Shown in pieces: positions 1 to 955 of a stretch of DNA of 955 bases. Below the pieces are notes generated by a model. It had not been told where the DNA came from. It ran no database searches and saw only the letters and a program-made list of their open reading frames with translations. The stretch is from Escherichia coli (GTDB lineage: Bacteria > Pseudomonadota > Gammaproteobacteria > Enterobacterales > Enterobacteriaceae): the NCBI RefSeq assembly GCF_003334255.1, contig NZ_QOWU01000181.1; one strand, 5' to 3'. The translations under genes and the position numbers were made by a program. Each line of letters opens with the position of its first letter. Position 1 is the first letter of the stretch.

Positions 1-43
1 TCCAGCCATCAGCCGAAAGGCACCCGCGCATAATCTACGATTT

Positions 44-60
44 TTGCCCTGCACGGGCAA
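44..60. other. Second short hairpin (6-bp stem TTGCCC/GGGCAA, 5-nt loop) next to the terminator; function unclear
   Basis: Seen in sequence: 44..49 TTGCCC and 55..60 GGGCAA are perfect reverse complements. The hairpin is flanked by a T-run on its 5' side and an A-run on its 3' side on the plus strand, so it lacks a trailing U-tract in either orientation. It may stabilise the 3' end or belong to terminator architecture shared with a convergent neighbour. Confidence 0.3.
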
Positions 61-86
61 CAAAAAACCCGCCATCACAGCGGGTT
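58..86 (-). terminator. Rho-independent (intrinsic) terminator of the CDS
   Basis: A perfect 7-bp stem (66..72 AACCCGC pairing with 80..86 GCGGGTT) encloses a 7-nt loop (73..79). On the minus-strand transcript this reads AACCCGC-UGUGAUG-GCGGGUU followed directly by UUUUGUUG, giving a GC-rich core and a U-tract. It begins about 25 nt after the TGA stop. Confidence 0.75.
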
Positions 87-108
87 ATGACATGTTGTCG
101 GATACAGA

Positions 109-840
109 TCAGAATTTCAGGCCAATACCTACAACAACCCCGCTCGTGCGCCAGTCACCAGATCCGGAGCTTTCATACGCGACATCCATAGCAACACTTT
201 CATTCAGGTTAAATTGTGCACCAGCAGCCCATGCAAGTGCTGTTTTTTTCGTACTGTTGCTTTCAGAAAATCCACCGGTACTGTTAATGTTGTCCTTAAT
301 TTTCAGGTCAGCGGTAACTTTAGCTACGCCCATACCAGCCATTGCATACACACTGAGGTATTCGTTAAACCGCCACGAAGGACCGGATAGTAGACTCCAG
401 TAATTAGCCCTGATATCAGTTCTCGCTGAAGCTGCCGGATTTTTAACCTCTCTGGATTCATCTCCTGGGTTAATATCAATAAATGCCTGCGCATTAGTCA
501 TAGAACGCGCCCATGTAAAAGATGTTATAACACCAATCTCATCCGTTATCTCATAACGATACCTGATGCTCATCCCCTGAGGAGATTTGCCTTTGCCATC
601 ATGCCCCCGGACAGAAGCATCTGCATATTCGCCTGAATTGAAGTAGTGTCTGTTTGTAAAACGGTTAAAAGTATCAAGATTATAAAGACTTAAATCCTTA
701 ACAAAATTGTTCAGTCCAGAGAGCTGAAGATGAGCGTATCCGAAAGAAACTGTACTGTCACCTTGTGCTGCACAGGCAGGGGCTGCTACAAAACTCATCA
801 CAAAAGTTGTGCACGCAAAAATAATTCTGGCATGTTTCAT
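109..840 (-). CDS. Ail/Lom/PagC/OmpX-family outer-membrane beta-barrel protein precursor (Lom-like, virulence-associated), 243 aa
   Basis: Seen in sequence: uninterrupted 244-codon minus-strand frame, ATG at 840..838, TGA at 111..109. N-terminus MKHARIIFACTTFVMSFVAAPACA|AQ is a textbook Sec signal peptide. The C-terminal block ...AYESSGSGDWRTSGVVVGIGLKF ends in Phe, the aromatic beta-signal of outer-membrane barrels. From memory, the blocks STVSFGYAHL, MSIRYRYEITDEIGVITSFTW, SGPSWRFNEY..YAMAGMG, ALAWAAGAQFNLNESVAMDVAYE and SGSGDWRT are colinear with lambda Lom (STLSAGYLH, INVKYRYEFTDTLGMVTSFSY, AGPSVRVNEW..YAMAG, SLAWGAGVQFNPTESVAIDIAYEGSGSGDWRT..GVGYKF). No database search was run. Confidence 0.85.
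   Translation of the reverse strand: MKHARIIFACTTFVMSFVAAPACAAQGDSTVSFGYAHLQLSGLNNFVKDLSLYNLDTFNRFTNRHYFNSGEYADASVRGHDGKGKSPQGMSIRYRYEITDEIGVITSFTWARSMTNAQAFIDINPGDESREVKNPAASARTDIRANYWSLLSGPSWRFNEYLSVYAMAGMGVAKVTADLKIKDNINSTGGFSESNSTKKTALAWAAGAQFNLNESVAMDVAYESSGSGDWRTSGVVVGIGLKF
769..840 (-). other. Predicted Sec signal peptide (residues 1-24), likely signal peptidase I cleavage after A-C-A (or one residue later after C-A-A)
   Basis: Positively charged n-region (K2, H3, R5), hydrophobic core IIFACTTFVMSFVAA, then A-x-A-type motif ACA followed by AQGD. Pro at -2 relative to the Cys argues against a lipobox, so a lipoprotein is unlikely. The corresponding lambda Lom segment, as I recall it, is ...AVSGAPAWA|SEH. 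Confidence 0.7.
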
Positions 841-851
841 TTTTAGACTTT

Positions 852-855
852 TCCT
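852..855 (-). promoter_or_regulatory. Candidate Shine-Dalgarno (AGGA) for the CDS
   Basis: Minus-strand sequence reads ...ATTATAGGAAAAGTCTAAAAATG. AGGA lies 11 nt upstream of the ATG, which is longer than the optimal spacer but the only purine-rich SD-like element present. Confidence 0.45.
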
Positions 856-955
856 ATAATAAAATAACCCCGTATTATCTAAGATGAATTTAGTTTTATT
901 ACTTAATATTCATACTGACAGGCATATCAGTCATATATTGATGAATTAATGACCA
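856..955 (-). promoter_or_regulatory. AT-rich 5' region presumed to carry the gene's own promoter; weak candidate -10 GATAAT (plus coordinates 874..879)
   Basis: The region is visibly far more AT-rich than the CDS. On the minus strand GATAAT matches TATAAT at 5 of 6 positions and sits about 34 nt upstream of the ATG. No convincing -35 hexamer at 16-18 bp spacing (best is GTAATA, 3 of 6). The exact promoter cannot be fixed from sequence alone. Confidence 0.35.

Noticed and set aside
243-249. T7 homopolymer (A7 on the coding strand, codons ACG AAA AAA ACA) inside the OMP gene as a possible slipped-strand phase-variation tract
   Set aside because: Seven nucleotides is below the length usually associated with high-frequency slippage, it simply encodes Lys-Lys, and homopolymer phase variation of Ail/Lom-family genes is not an established mechanism in Enterobacteriaceae.
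44-403. Plus-strand ORF of 119 aa from the six-frame track
   Set aside because: It lies entirely antisense to the well-supported OMP gene, starts at a non-ATG codon inside a terminator hairpin, has no ribosome-binding site, and its low-complexity translation resembles no protein family I recognise. It is a shadow ORF on the opposite strand of a real gene.
893-909. PhoP-box-like direct repeat (GTTTTA-N5-TAATAT) upstream of the gene
   Set aside because: Only one half-site loosely resembles the (T/G)GTTTA consensus. In sequence this AT-rich, such matches are expected by chance.
915-933. Short inverted repeat TGAC-N10-GTCA in the upstream region as a possible operator
   Set aside because: The arms are only 4 bp and do not extend, so there is no statistical support for a regulator-binding palindrome.
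884-949. Small plus-strand ORF of 21 codons (MNLVLLLNIHTDRHISHILMN*) in the AT-rich region
   Set aside because: Short ORFs arise by chance in AT-rich DNA. It has no Shine-Dalgarno and no supporting features. It cannot be excluded as a small protein or leader peptide, but nothing in the sequence supports it.
1-955. CRISPR repeats, tRNA or other ncRNA genes, IS-element terminal inverted repeats or att-site duplications
   Set aside because: No repeated spacer-repeat periodicity, no cloverleaf-compatible segments and no terminal inverted or direct repeats are visible. The window is almost fully accounted for by one CDS and its flanking signals.

Overview
This 955-bp window holds one complete gene on the minus strand (109..840, 243 aa) that I read as a secreted 8-stranded outer-membrane beta-barrel of the Ail/Lom/PagC/OmpX family, closest by recollection to phage lambda Lom. 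It has a classic Sec signal peptide, Lom-like conserved blocks and a C-terminal aromatic residue, but is roughly 35-40 aa longer than canonical Lom, with most of the excess apparently in the first predicted extracellular loop. The gene is bracketed by a strongly AT-rich 5' region (841..955) and a rho-independent terminator (58..86) about 25 nt past its stop codon, so it looks like a self-contained, moron-like cassette typical of prophage or island cargo in Enterobacteriaceae. The plus-strand ORF 44..403 is an antisense shadow of this gene. I see no RNA genes, CRISPR repeats or transposon ends, and nothing that supports a multi-gene system in a window this short. All homology statements are from memory and need a database search to confirm.
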